Positions 8,445-18,615 of a stretch of DNA of 64,000 bases are shown piece after piece; position 1 is the first letter of the stretch, and each line of letters starts with the position of its first letter. The translations under genes were made by a program, and so were the position numbers. The notes beneath the pieces were generated by a model, which had not been told where the DNA came from, did not search any database, and saw nothing but the letters and a program-made list of their open reading frames with translations. The stretch is from NCBI GenBank assembly GCA_963735805.1, contig CAVTMK010000004.1, positions 288,001 through 352,000 of the forward strand, in the 5' to 3' direction. The stretch comes from an uncultured Verrucomicrobiae bacterium. Its GTDB lineage: Bacteria > Verrucomicrobiota > Verrucomicrobiia > Chthoniobacterales > UBA10450.

Positions 8445-10052
8445 TCAAGTTGCACTTGGCGGCTGGTGCTCGTGTTTTGTCCGGAATAAAATGGCCATGC
8501 AAAACGTGACGATGGTGCCGAAACAAATCCACCACGGAAATGCCATCAAGGGCAGCCAGACGGGTTGGGTGTAAAGTTTGCCGCCGAAAATTCCTGCGAT
8601 ATTATTGGGTAAGCCGCTTAAAATCGCGACCACAATAAATCCAAGAATCATTGCGATGACGTTGCCGAAGTCGTTTCCGCGGCGTTTGGTAAATATTCCG
8701 CAAAGAAAGACCCCGAGTAGCGAGCCGTAGGTGTAACCGAAGATCCCAAGCACTATGGGGATGATCCGCACATTCGGGTGAACGATTACGAGATACGATG
8801 TTGTCGATGCAACGATAATCATCAGAATCGAGAACCACACCGTGGCCCAGCGCACGGCGCGAAGACTTTGTTCGCTCGTCGATGCAGGATTGATGTAGGG
8901 CTCGTACCAATCCCGAGTGAAACTTGTTGCCAGCGCGTTGATCGCGGTGCTGAGCGAGCCCATTGCCGTCGCGAAAATGCCGGCGATGAGCAAGCCACGC
9001 AGCCCTACCGGCATTTCGTACAAGATGAAGTGGCAAAAAGTCTCGTTAGGCGTTTTTGGCAGTGTTGGATCAGGATGTGCCTGATAATAGACCCACAGCA
9101 ACAAACCGATGCTGAGAAAAGTGAGCACGATGGGAATGTCCGCCAGGCCGGACATGATCAGCGAACGGCGACTGCGGCGGATGTCCGGTGCAGTCAACAT
9201 GCGTTGCACCATGTCCTGATCGGTGCCGTGCGTGGACATGGTGATAAAAGTCGATCCGATGAGCCCGGCGAAGATGGTGTACTCGACCTCGAACATTCCC
9301 TTGATCTTGTCCCATCCGTGTTTCGCTGGGTTTAAGCCAGTCGTGAAGAAATCGGAAATACCGAAGCCGCCGTGACGTTGGACGATTTCACTCCAGCCGC
9401 CTGGAATCTGCGAATAGAGCAACCCGACCGCTACGAGTGCGCTACCGATCATGATTGAAGCCTGAATGAAATCGGTCCAGATAACGGCTTTGATTCCGCC
9501 CAACGTTGTATAGATGGCGGTCAAAATGACGATGGCCACGGTTGAGCTGATATAAATAAAAAGCGTTTCTCTTTGACCGGGCTGAACGCCCCGAATCATT
9601 TCATAGGCGAGCGCGAGCGCGATGGCTGCGACATATAGACGCGCGCCGGAAGCCAGTAGCCGCGTAACCATGAAGATGGCGGAAGCCGCATTTTTCGTCG
9701 GCACACCAAAGCGCGCGGTGAGATATTCGTAGATCGAGTAAACATTATAGTCGTAGTAGGGTTTGATGAAAATGTAACTGACCAGGATGCGCGCCAGGAT
9801 GGTGCCCAGCGCGAGTTGCAAATAGGTGAAGTTGCGAAGCGCGAATCCTTCGCCTGGCGTACCGAAAAAAGTTCCGGCACTTGTTTCCGCAGCGATGATC
9901 GAAGCAAGGACCGCCCACCATGGAATTCGGCGACCTCCCAGCGCGAAGTCCTTAAGGCTTTCCTCCTTCCGGCCCATGTAAAGGCCAATGGAAATGATCA
10001 GGACGAAGTAAAGCAGCAAAACCGCACTGTCGATCGCGAGTCGGCTGTCCAT
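8445..10052 (-). CDS. Sodium:solute symporter family protein
   Basis: Many TM segments, SIIAAETS, GGIKAVIWTD..Q, GTDQDMVQRML; start placed at ATG 10052 because the upstream extension reads through a heptamer repeat. Confidence 0.92.
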   Translation of the reverse strand: MDSRLAIDSAVLLLYFVLIISIGLYMGRKEESLKDFALGGRRIPWWAVLASIIAAETSAGTFFGTPGEGFALRNFTYLQLALGTILARILVSYIFIKPYYDYNVYSIYEYLTARFGVPTKNAASAIFMVTRLLASGARLYVAAIALALAYEMIRGVQPGQRETLFIYISSTVAIVILTAIYTTLGGIKAVIWTDFIQASIMIGSALVAVGLLYSQIPGGWSEIVQRHGGFGISDFFTTGLNPAKHGWDKIKGMFEVEYTIFAGLIGSTFITMSTHGTDQDMVQRMLTAPDIRRSRRSLIMSGLADIPIVLTFLSIGLLLWVYYQAHPDPTLPKTPNETFCHFILYEMPVGLRGLLIAGIFATAMGSLSTAINALATSFTRDWYEPYINPASTSEQSLRAVRWATVWFSILMIIVASTTSYLVIVHPNVRIIPIVLGIFGYTYGSLLGVFLCGIFTKRRGNDFGNVIAMILGFIVVAILSGLPNNIAGIFGGKLYTQPVWLPLMAFPWWICFGTIVTFCMAILFRTKHEHQPPSAT

Positions 10053-10067
10053 GTCGATGCTATTTAT

Positions 10068-10098
10068 CAATGACGAATGACGAATGTCGAATGTCGAA
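10068..10098. repeat. Heptamer tandem repeat (AATGWCG x4)
   Basis: aatgacg aatgacg aatgtcg aatgtcg aa. Confidence 0.8.
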
Positions 10099-10237
10099 GA
10101 CACCGAGTCCCTATGACCAAGCGTCCGGTCCCCATTGGAAGGCACAAGGTGATCGGCTTCTCCTGAAGACGATGCTAAGATAAATGCGCCTATGGCGCCT
10201 GGATTGACATCGCGTTGAGGACAACGCGATCCACCTT

Positions 10238-11323
10238 ATGAAGTTGATCGAAATTCCTGCACCTGACTTCGATCTCGCGATGACACTCAACTCCGGCCAA
10301 GTGTTTCATTGGGAAAAGGTCGGCAACGGATTCGTGGGAGCGATCGGCGATCGCGCAGTTTATGTCGAGCAACACGCGAACATCCTGAAAGTTCGCGATG
10401 GTGAGGCGCCATCGCTCCCGCAGGCGCGGGCCAAGTCGCGTGCGCTCCCTAGCGTCGTGGCGCATTATTTCGCGCTCGATCATCCACTCGCGGAAATCCA
10501 CGCGTCGTTTCCAGACGATCCGGTTATGAATGCTGCGTGCGATTTTTGTCACGGTCTGCGAATTATTCGTCAACCGAAATGGGAATGTTTGGCGACGTTC
10601 ATTTGTTCGTCGATGAAACAGGTGGCGCACATTCGTCAAATTTCCCTCGCGCTCCGTCGTCGCTTTGGTGACCGGCGAAAGATTGGTGATTATGTGGTTT
10701 ACACGTTCCCGCCGGTTCAGCGAATTGCGCGAGCCTCAGAGGATGATTTGCGCAAATGCGCCCTGGGCTATCGCGCCAGAAACCTGCTTATGACGGCGCG
10801 ACTCGTCAGCTCAGGAAAGGCAAGCTTGGACGCATGGTCGGCTCTCCCCGATGCCGATCTCAGAGAAAAACTCTGCGCCCTGCCCGGAGTCGGAGCGAAG
10901 GTTGCTAACTGTGTAATGCTGTTTGCCTATGAGCGGCTGCGCGCATTCCCGATCGACGTTTGGATCGAGAGGGTTTTGAAGCAACAATATTTTCCGAGAA
11001 AGAAAAAAGTCGCAGACGGGCGGCTACGCGAATTCTCGGCAATATATTTTGGCGAACATGGCGGTTACGCGCAGCAATACCTGTTTCATCACGCGCGCAT
11101 GACGTCGCGAACATTGGGAGTGTCGAGAGATTCCTCGACTGTGCCTGGCTCTGCTGAGAACGACAAAAAGGAGCGTGCACACATGGATTCAGGAATGTCA
11201 GGGGCATCAAGAGATTGCTCGACCCGAAGGCTTTCTGGCCTCAAAACGGCAACGGGAGGAATGCACGGGAGGCGAAGCCAAGCGCACAGCGGCGAAAGGT
11301 TTACACTACGCAAACCAAAATGA
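10238..11323 (+). CDS. ogg: 8-oxoguanine DNA glycosylase/AP lyase (Ogg family) with repeat-derived insert and tail
   Basis: TLNSGQVFHW, GLRIIRQ..WE, LGYRA, HhH LPGVGAKVANC, FPIDVWI, GYAQQYLF. Confidence 0.9.
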   Translation: MKLIEIPAPDFDLAMTLNSGQVFHWEKVGNGFVGAIGDRAVYVEQHANILKVRDGEAPSLPQARAKSRALPSVVAHYFALDHPLAEIHASFPDDPVMNAACDFCHGLRIIRQPKWECLATFICSSMKQVAHIRQISLALRRRFGDRRKIGDYVVYTFPPVQRIARASEDDLRKCALGYRARNLLMTARLVSSGKASLDAWSALPDADLREKLCALPGVGAKVANCVMLFAYERLRAFPIDVWIERVLKQQYFPRKKKVADGRLREFSAIYFGEHGGYAQQYLFHHARMTSRTLGVSRDSSTVPGSAENDKKERAHMDSGMSGASRDCSTRRLSGLKTATGGMHGRRSQAHSGERFTLRKPK

Positions 11324-11427
11324 CCGGGCCGCGCAATTTGTCAGCGCCTGCAGGCTGAGATAGTATTCCTGCCTTAAGCTGAGAAAGCTCCAAGCCCAAT
11401 TTTCCTTATTACTGAGAAACCGCTCTC

Positions 11428-12399
11428 ATGACGACGGCTGACATTATGTTCGCCCAGCCGGGCAACCCCGAAAGCCTTCGGGACCACGAATATGAAGGGC
11501 GAACGGTTTTGTTGGCGATACTCGCGGCGATTCTCATTCACCTGCTTGTCGCCTTTTTCCTCGCTGTGTTCGGCGGCGTTTTTTCGCCGGCGACTCCCGT
11601 TGAGGACAAGCCGTCCGAACTCACGTTCGTCAATCTGTCGCCCACGGCCCCGAAGAATTCCGAATTTATAGAGACGGATGAATCCAAAAAAGCACCAGAG
11701 CCAAAAGAGAAGACGTTTGAATCGAACGCCAATTCGATTGGAGCAAGCGAGCTAGCTGCCACTGGCGAAATGCCGTTGCCTTCGCAGACCGGCAAAGATC
11801 GCCCGTTTCTGGATTTGGAAACACATCAGCACACCTTGGAGACAAAGGGCGCGCAACCACAACCAAGTGCAGCCCCACAGGAAAATCCAAACCCGTCCGC
11901 GGCGCCCGACACGCAACCAGCTCCGGTTACCGCAGCGGAGCAATTTGCGATGTTAACACAACCGCGGACGCCGCCCGTCGAAAAGTCGACTACATCTCCG
12001 CAAGCGCGATCTGCGTATCGGCCTCTCAAACAACGAACGCAGATCTCCGGCCGGATCACGAATCGCGGCGTCTCCTCCGTGAATGCGCTGGGTACGCCGC
12101 TGGGGCGGTACATGAAATTTCTCCTGGATGCGATTGGCTCTCGCTGGTACGCGTTTGTCGAACGGCAGATCGACTTGGTTAACATCGGCACGGCTCGCGT
12201 AGTCTTTGTAGTGGATCGAAGCGGACATGTGAAGAACCTCAAAGTTGTCGAAAACACATCAAACGAAACATTGGCAAACGTTTGCATTCAATCGATTCAG
12301 GAAGCGCAGTTGCCTCCCATCCCTGAAGATCTAGCGGCCACACTGCCTCCGGACGGATTGGACATGGACATTCCGTTCACGATCTTTCCCAGCCGATGA
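11428..12399 (+). CDS. TonB/TolA-like energy transducer
   Basis: N-terminal TM with SxxxH-like AILIH, Pro-rich linker, C-terminal TonB_C-like domain; upstream of exbB/exbD. Confidence 0.75.
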   Translation: MTTADIMFAQPGNPESLRDHEYEGRTVLLAILAAILIHLLVAFFLAVFGGVFSPATPVEDKPSELTFVNLSPTAPKNSEFIETDESKKAPEPKEKTFESNANSIGASELAATGEMPLPSQTGKDRPFLDLETHQHTLETKGAQPQPSAAPQENPNPSAAPDTQPAPVTAAEQFAMLTQPRTPPVEKSTTSPQARSAYRPLKQRTQISGRITNRGVSSVNALGTPLGRYMKFLLDAIGSRWYAFVERQIDLVNIGTARVVFVVDRSGHVKNLKVVENTSNETLANVCIQSIQEAQLPPIPEDLAATLPPDGLDMDIPFTIFPSR

Positions 12400-13118
12400 T
12401 GGTATTGGCGATAACCATCGAAACTCCGGAAACCGTGAATACTATCTTTGGATTCTTCGCGAAGGGCGGCCTGTTCATGTGGCCGCTGCTGGCCTGCTCG
12501 ATCGTTTCGGTGACAATAATGATTTTGCGCGGCCTGGCTTTACGACGCAACAAGGTCATGCCGCCGTTAGTCGAGAACGAAATAGAACGGTTGACCCCGG
12601 GTGAAAGTCCCGAGCGGCTGTCACGCGTGGTGCATCATGATGGTTCGTCACTGTCGCGGATTGCTCGGGTGGCGCTGCAATATTTACGCAGCCCACGCTC
12701 GGAAAACGTGGAAGCGGTCCAAACACGTGCGCGACACGAGATGGTACGGCTGGAAAAAGGTCTCATTATTCTGGAAGTCATTGTAGGGATTGCGCCTTTG
12801 CTTGGCCTGATCGGTGCCGTCTCGGGACTGGTGCATGTCTTTTCCCAGCTCGGATTGAGCTCGGGCGCATCGGATACGCATCAGATCGCGCTCGGAATCT
12901 CCGAAGCGTTGAATGCGACGGTTTTCGGGCTTTCCATCGCCGTGCCGACGCTGGTCGGGTTCACCTATTTTTCCAGGAAAGTTGAAGTGATGTCGGTGGA
13001 GATGGAAACGCTGGTGGTCGAATTGATTAGCAAATGCTATTACGGGCGATCTTCGCGCGAATTCGGCGCAAAAGGATCTGCGGCCAGCTCAATGCCGATT
13101 TCGTCGCCTGTAGCGTGA
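12396..13118 (+). CDS. exbB: MotA/TolQ/ExbB proton channel protein
   Basis: GGLFMWPL, APLLGLIGAV, GISEALNATVFGL.IA.P. Confidence 0.9.
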   Translation: MMVLAITIETPETVNTIFGFFAKGGLFMWPLLACSIVSVTIMILRGLALRRNKVMPPLVENEIERLTPGESPERLSRVVHHDGSSLSRIARVALQYLRSPRSENVEAVQTRARHEMVRLEKGLIILEVIVGIAPLLGLIGAVSGLVHVFSQLGLSSGASDTHQIALGISEALNATVFGLSIAVPTLVGFTYFSRKVEVMSVEMETLVVELISKCYYGRSSREFGAKGSAASSMPISSPVA

Positions 13119-13140
13119 AACGCGCGGCGCCTTTCACACC

Positions 13141-13548
13141 ATGAAGTTTGCGGTACGAAAACGAAGGGCGCCGGTCATTATCATCGTCTCGCTCGTCGAT
13201 ATTCTCATCATCCTGCTAATCTTTTTTGTCGTCTCAACAACTTTTAAGAAAGACCAGCCGGAAGTTCAGATTAATCTTCCGGAATCCAAAACGGCAAAAA
13301 AACAGCCCTCAGAACTTGAGCACGCTATCGTAAGTGTCGATCAAAATGACGAGATCAAACTCGATGGACGAGTTGTTGGCGTGGATGAACTGGAGGGTGC
13401 CGTGCGTAACCTGCCTGAACCACGGAAATCCACGCTTGCGCTCCAGGCTGACAAGAAGGCTTCGTTTGGCACGATCATTAAGGTCATGGACGCGTTGAAG
13501 CTGGCAGGCGTGAGGAATTTGCCGGCGTTTACCCGGGAAGAGAAATGA
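13141..13548 (+). CDS. exbD: Biopolymer transporter ExbD/TolR
   Basis: SLVDILIILLIFFVVST, LQADK...G.IIKVMD. Confidence 0.92.
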   Translation: MKFAVRKRRAPVIIIVSLVDILIILLIFFVVSTTFKKDQPEVQINLPESKTAKKQPSELEHAIVSVDQNDEIKLDGRVVGVDELEGAVRNLPEPRKSTLALQADKKASFGTIIKVMDALKLAGVRNLPAFTREEK

Positions 13549-14141
13549 TCCTTTCGATTTTGGAGTACGGCGACCCGATCCTTCGGGCCAAAGGCAAACC
13601 GATCGAGAACATAGACGATCGGATTCGCGAGCTGGCGGCGAACATGGTCGAGACAATGCACGCGGCGAATGGTGTGGGTCTGGCAGCGCAGCAGGTCGGT
13701 GAAGTTTTGCAGCTTACCGTACTTGATGTTTCGCTAGTCGAAGATCGCCCGAGCACCTTGAAACTGAATGGCAAAGAGGTCGATCCCAAGACCGCGATGC
13801 CGCTGGTATTGATCAATCCGGAAATCGAGCTGTGCGGCGAAGCCGCTGTGGGAGTAGAAGGTTGTTTAAGTTTTCCCGAGATCACAGGCGACATCGAACG
13901 GGCGAAATCGGTGATGGTGCGCGCGCAGACTGTGGAAGGCGAGAAAGTCGAAATCGAAGCGGGCGGATTCCTTGCGCGCGCGATTCAGCATGAAGGCGAT
14001 CATCTCAACGGAATTCTATTTATCGATCGCATGAATTCCGCAGCAAAGGCTGCCTTGTCGAGCCGCCTGAAACGATTGCAGAAGGAAACGAGACGCGGCA
14101 TAAGGCATCGGGAAGCGCTCGTAAGTGAGACTACATTATAG
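13545..14141 (+). CDS. def: Peptide deformylase
   Basis: GVGLAAQQ, EGCLS, QHEGDHLNG; ATGA overlap with exbD. Confidence 0.97.
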   Translation: MILSILEYGDPILRAKGKPIENIDDRIRELAANMVETMHAANGVGLAAQQVGEVLQLTVLDVSLVEDRPSTLKLNGKEVDPKTAMPLVLINPEIELCGEAAVGVEGCLSFPEITGDIERAKSVMVRAQTVEGEKVEIEAGGFLARAIQHEGDHLNGILFIDRMNSAAKAALSSRLKRLQKETRRGIRHREALVSETTL

Positions 14142-14177
14142 CAGTCGACAACCATTGATCCGCATTCGCAAATTCGG

Positions 14178-14795
14178 GTGATGAGCAGCATTTGGGTCAA
14201 CTGGGTTCGCAGGCTTCAATCGATTGCGCAAAATGGGCGAAACTACACCAAAAACGAATTCGATCTGCAGCGATATCAACAGGTTGAAGACGTGGCTGCA
14301 GAAATCGCAGCCAAATATTCTGATGGCGAACTCCGGACGATCAAGGCGATGTTTACACAGGAACGCGGGCCTGCGACTCCAAAAATCGATGTACGAGCGG
14401 CGGTTATCTCCGAGAACAAAATATTGCTTGTGAAGGAGCGAGGCGATGGCTGGACGTTGCCCGGTGGATGGGTTGATCCAGGAGAGTCCCCCAGCGAAGC
14501 CGCTGTGCGTGAAACAAGGGAAGAATCTGGGTATGACGTGAGCGCTGCTAGACTGATGGCGATTTACGATCGCGACAGGCAGGGGCATCCGCCGTGTCCT
14601 TTTCATGTCTATAAGATCATTTTTCTATGTGACCTTGTGGGAGGTTCGGCGAAGACGAGTCTTGAGACTGAGGCGGCGGGCTTCTTTGGCGAAGACGAAC
14701 TACCCGCTCTTTCGGAGTCTCGAGTGATAGTGTCGCAGGTAAAACGTGCATTCTCTTTCCAGCGAGATCCGAGTTTGCCTGCTGATTTCGACTAG
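14178..14795 (+). CDS. NUDIX hydrolase with Nudix_N domain
   Basis: LQSIAQNG..Y, TPKIDVR, Nudix box GGWVDPGESPSEAAVRETREESG. Confidence 0.92.
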   Translation: MMSSIWVNWVRRLQSIAQNGRNYTKNEFDLQRYQQVEDVAAEIAAKYSDGELRTIKAMFTQERGPATPKIDVRAAVISENKILLVKERGDGWTLPGGWVDPGESPSEAAVRETREESGYDVSAARLMAIYDRDRQGHPPCPFHVYKIIFLCDLVGGSAKTSLETEAAGFFGEDELPALSESRVIVSQVKRAFSFQRDPSLPADFD

Positions 14796-14840
14796 ACTAG
14801 CGCGCCGGACTTGCGTCGCGGTGCCACCTTCGGCTTGAAA

Positions 14841-15632
14841 TTATTGAGTGAAAAATCCGGTCAACGGACTTGTCGCAGCCGCTACGTTTAGCCTTTCCGC
14901 GAGTCCGATTTCGCGAGCTTCGCGTCCGGCTTCAATGGCTTTCTTGAAAGCTTTAGCCATGCGAATCGGATCGGAAGCGATTGCGATCGCTGTGTTAACC
15001 AAAACCGCGTCGGCGCCAATCTCCATCGCTTCAGCAGCGTGACTCGGCGCACCCAGGCCTGCGTCAACAACAACCGGCACGGTGGCCTGTTCGATAATGA
15101 TCTGAATTTGGGCGCGTGCTTCTATGCCGCGGTTACTACCGATTGGCGAACCCAACGGCATGACCGTCGCAGTACCGACGTCCTGCAATCGCTTCGCCAA
15201 GACCGGATCTGCATTGATGTACGGAAGAACCGTGAAGCCTTCTCTCACAAGAGTTTCAGCCGCAGCCAGTGTCTCGACCGGATCGGGCAACAAGTAACGC
15301 GGGTCCGGGTGAATCTCGAGTTTGATCCATTTTGGCAGGCCCGCGTTCGCGGCTAGCCGCGCGAGACGCACGGCTTCATCCGCGTTGCGCGCGCCGCTGG
15401 TGTTCGGCAGAAGGAGAAAACGTTTTGGATCGATAAAATCGAGAATGTTCGCAAACGGATCGCGCTTTCCTGAAATATCGGCGCGTCGCAGCGCCACTGT
15501 CACCAGCTCTGCGCCGCTGGCAATGAGCGCGTCGCGCATCAGCTCGTTGGACGCGAATTTTCCGGTGCCAATCAGTAGACGCGAGCCGAACTCGCGATCG
15601 GCGATCTTCAGTTTTGAAGGCTTGTCGGCCAT
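14841..15632 (-). CDS. thiG: Thiazole synthase
   Basis: [42 protein letters not shown]; start placed at ATG 15632. Confidence 0.97.
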   Translation of the reverse strand: MADKPSKLKIADREFGSRLLIGTGKFASNELMRDALIASGAELVTVALRRADISGKRDPFANILDFIDPKRFLLLPNTSGARNADEAVRLARLAANAGLPKWIKLEIHPDPRYLLPDPVETLAAAETLVREGFTVLPYINADPVLAKRLQDVGTATVMPLGSPIGSNRGIEARAQIQIIIEQATVPVVVDAGLGAPSHAAEAMEIGADAVLVNTAIAIASDPIRMAKAFKKAIEAGREAREIGLAERLNVAAATSPLTGFFTQ

Positions 15633-15739
15633 TGGAAAAGAATAAACGAATTCGCTCAAGGGTGCGAGCGTGGATCAAAAGAACCCACAGGCAGTTTTGA
15701 CTGTACGAATCCTCGCGGCTACGCCAGAATTTACTGTCA

Positions 15740-16573
15740 ATGACCCAGTTCGATCTTCGCCAGCAAGATTGCATTAGGGGAATGTCGCGCCTGACAGATG
15801 AAAGCGTCGATCTTGTCGTGACCTCGCCACCCTACAACCTGGGAATTGACTACGGACAATATGTCGACCGCCAGGATCGACAATCGTATTTGAATTGGTG
15901 CGCCAAGTGGACAGCACAAATTCGAAGGCTGCTAGGATTGAACGGCTCTTTTTTTCTGAACATCGGTTCTGCGCCATCGAATCCAATGTTGCCGCACCAA
16001 ATTGCGATCGAGTTGACGTCCGGTTCCGGCGGATTTGTCTTGCAGAACACCATTCACTGGATCAAGTCGATCACGCTTGAAGATCGAAAGGGCGATCCGA
16101 AGTCGCACGGTCATTTTAAGCCGATCAATTCAAAGCGGTTCCTTAACGATTGTCATGAGTACATCTTTCACTTTACGAAGTCGGGATGCGTTGAAATCGA
16201 TCGGCTTGCGCTCGGCGTTCCTTATCAGGACAAAAGCAACATCGCGCGCTGGTCGCACACTCGCGGAAGCGATGTGCGCTGTCGCGGCAACACCTGGTTC
16301 ATTCCCTACAAGACAATTCAGAGCCGCGTTAAGGAGCGACCGCATCCGGCGACATTTCCTGTTCAACTCGCGGAGTGGTGCATCAAACTGCACGGTGTCT
16401 CACGAGTCGAAACGATGCTCGATCCGTTTCTCGGAATCGGAAATTCCGCCGTTGCTGCCAAGCGCTGCGGTGTAAAGAAATTTGTCGGGTTTGAAATCGA
16501 CGAGACCTATCAGGCGGAGGCTAAGCGGCGCCTGGGGTCGACAAAATCACGGAGATTCGATTGTGCTCCTTAA
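15740..16573 (+). CDS. Orphan site-specific DNA methyltransferase (N4-C/N6-A, beta class)
   Basis: Motif IV VTSPPY near N-terminus, HPATFP, motif I DPFLGIG near C-terminus. Confidence 0.9.
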   Translation: MTQFDLRQQDCIRGMSRLTDESVDLVVTSPPYNLGIDYGQYVDRQDRQSYLNWCAKWTAQIRRLLGLNGSFFLNIGSAPSNPMLPHQIAIELTSGSGGFVLQNTIHWIKSITLEDRKGDPKSHGHFKPINSKRFLNDCHEYIFHFTKSGCVEIDRLALGVPYQDKSNIARWSHTRGSDVRCRGNTWFIPYKTIQSRVKERPHPATFPVQLAEWCIKLHGVSRVETMLDPFLGIGNSAVAAKRCGVKKFVGFEIDETYQAEAKRRLGSTKSRRFDCAP

Positions 16574-16685
16574 GCGAACCGCCGGTACCTCAAGCTTTCA
16601 TCGAACTGGCATCGCCATTTCGCTTTAACTGGATCGTTGACACTTTAGCACCAGGCGAGAAGCTTTTATTAGGTAAGCAATTTTT

Positions 16686-17501
16686 TTGAAGAGGTTAATC
16701 ATAGTCAGTGCGGTCTTCGTCGCGTTACAAGGCGTTTTGACGTCAGCTGCAACTGGAGGGTCTTTCAAGTTCGCTGGCGTTCCCTTTTCTCCGGGTTCAA
16801 CCGTCCAGGCTAATGTTCCTTTGACGGCATTGGAAAAATCATACGCCGGGCAAGGTGGTAATCCGGTACCGCCATATGCAGTGGCTGTGCTGGCAACGCC
16901 CGCAAATTTTGATCCGACGAAGAGCTGGCCCGTTTTGATACCCTGCTCTACGAGCGATTTTAAACGGCAGAACCGAAATGATCTGACTCAGTTTTACCAA
17001 AGAGTCGGACTTTCCGAAGGCTGGGTGCTCCTCGCGGGAGACGGTCCGCAACATGCAAGGAACGACAATGTCGCATGGCGCGAGTCCATGACACTGGCTG
17101 CAGTCGACGCGCTTCGCCGGAGCTTTCCCGGCTCGGAGAAATGGCCGATGGCGTGCGCAGGATTTTCCGGAGGAGGCAAAGGCGTCGGTTATGTCGCGCC
17201 GTTTCTTGCCAGATACGGTTGTCACATCACGGGGATTTACATTACCGGCGCAAATGAAGATCACCTGAGCGACGGATATGCGCGATTGCGGCCCGGCGCA
17301 GATTTTCTGAATACGCCAATCTACTTTAGTGCCGGGCACGAGGACAGAATCGCGACCGTGGAGCAACAATACGCCGTCGTGGGTTTGATCAAACGAACTG
17401 GCTTTAAGCGGATTCGGATCGGGACTTTTCGTGGCGGTCATGAGGTCAACGATGCACAAACCTCGATCGCGTTGCGTTGGTTCCGCGAACTGGCGAAATA
17501 G
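16686..17501 (+). CDS. Secreted alpha/beta-hydrolase-like protein
   Basis: Signal peptide, nucleophile elbow GFSGG, G..D and FxGGH motifs. Confidence 0.7.
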   Translation: MKRLIIVSAVFVALQGVLTSAATGGSFKFAGVPFSPGSTVQANVPLTALEKSYAGQGGNPVPPYAVAVLATPANFDPTKSWPVLIPCSTSDFKRQNRNDLTQFYQRVGLSEGWVLLAGDGPQHARNDNVAWRESMTLAAVDALRRSFPGSEKWPMACAGFSGGGKGVGYVAPFLARYGCHITGIYITGANEDHLSDGYARLRPGADFLNTPIYFSAGHEDRIATVEQQYAVVGLIKRTGFKRIRIGTFRGGHEVNDAQTSIALRWFRELAK

Positions 17502-17539
17502 GCTCTCACAAAAGCCGGCTCCCCCCCTTAGCGGTAATT

Positions 17540-18568
17540 CTACGATTCCTGGAATTTCTCTAGCGATTTAACCAAGTTTCCCGGCAACGGACGGACGCGA
17601 TCAAAGATGCGCGCAGCTAGCGGTTTGGCTGTTGCGTAACCCGCAGCGAACATTTCGAGACGGGCGTCGAGATTATCAATGTAGTGAAGGGCCATCGCTT
17701 CGGGAGTTTTCGGGGTGACCGGTGAACCAAATTCCATCTCACCGTGGTGCGCTCCGATTAAATGCAAAAGATGGAGGCGAACATCTTCCGAAGTCGGCAC
17801 AAGGGTTTTCCAGGCCTCCGCGTTGTCGGCGTTTATCTTTCTCCATAAAGCGTTCACGAGCTCGAGGCCGATTGAGATGTGTCCTATCAACTCGCCTCGC
17901 TCATCGTAATTCATGACGAAACCGTTTTCAGGCAGCGCGTTCTCCCAGAGTTTCCCAGAGTCGTGGAAGAGAATTCCGGCAACCAAAAGATCCAGATTCA
18001 ATTGCGGATAAAGAGGTGCGATCCCCTTTGCAACGCGCATCATTTGGGCGGTGTGTTCAACGAGACCGCCCCGGCGCGCGTGATGATAATTGCGCGCAGC
18101 GGCCGTGCGCCGAAACCGGTCGCCCCATTCGTTTAGGAATGCTTCACATAAGGAATGAAGACGCGGATCGGTAATAGCTTTGGTTGCGCTTTGAATAAAC
18201 TCCCAGTCTGCGTTCTGCCTGGCGCGCAACTCCGGGGGACCTTGGAGTAATTCACTTTTTTCCTGGTCGACAAGGGGGCGCACAGTCCATTTCCGCGCTT
18301 CGAGGCCGTATTGCTGGTGACGGTGAAACTCGCCCGAGAGCTCGATAAAGCTTTCGGGCGTTAGTGAGCTGCAGGTTTTGTACGCGGGATGATCGCTCCA
18401 GACACGCAGGGTCATGCGATCGCACGCATCGGCAAGAGTCAGCTCACAGTACGGCTGCTGTTCGCGTGTGAGCCTGGGCGCGGCGCTCTCCACCTGCACA
18501 TGCGCCCGGGCCGACACCGCACCGTTTTGTGCTGCCCGACGAATTTCAGTCAGAGTCATCAAATCCAT
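17540..18568 (-). CDS. YhaM/Cbf1-like 3'-5' exoribonuclease (OB + HD domain)
   Basis: AARNYHHA..GGL.EH, FHDSGK, GHI, HHGEMEFGSPV.P.TPEA..LH.IDNLDA; start placed at ATG 18568. Confidence 0.9.
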   Translation of the reverse strand: MDLMTLTEIRRAAQNGAVSARAHVQVESAAPRLTREQQPYCELTLADACDRMTLRVWSDHPAYKTCSSLTPESFIELSGEFHRHQQYGLEARKWTVRPLVDQEKSELLQGPPELRARQNADWEFIQSATKAITDPRLHSLCEAFLNEWGDRFRRTAAARNYHHARRGGLVEHTAQMMRVAKGIAPLYPQLNLDLLVAGILFHDSGKLWENALPENGFVMNYDERGELIGHISIGLELVNALWRKINADNAEAWKTLVPTSEDVRLHLLHLIGAHHGEMEFGSPVTPKTPEAMALHYIDNLDARLEMFAAGYATAKPLAARIFDRVRPLPGNLVKSLEKFQES

Positions 18569-18615
18569 CTCCGCAAATCTAACACAACCCGCAAACGTGC
18601 TACGTTTAATGTCCC

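Noticed and set aside
15633..15739. TPP riboswitch upstream of thiG
   Set aside because: No CTGAGA or CCTGA...AATNC...GCG core in this gap; the CTGAGA copies at 11355-11417 also lack the rest of the aptamer.
15740..18568. Methyltransferase + hydrolase + HD nuclease as a defence system
   Set aside because: The middle gene is a secreted esterase-like protein, and the HD gene is a convergent YhaM-like housekeeping RNase; there is no operon structure.
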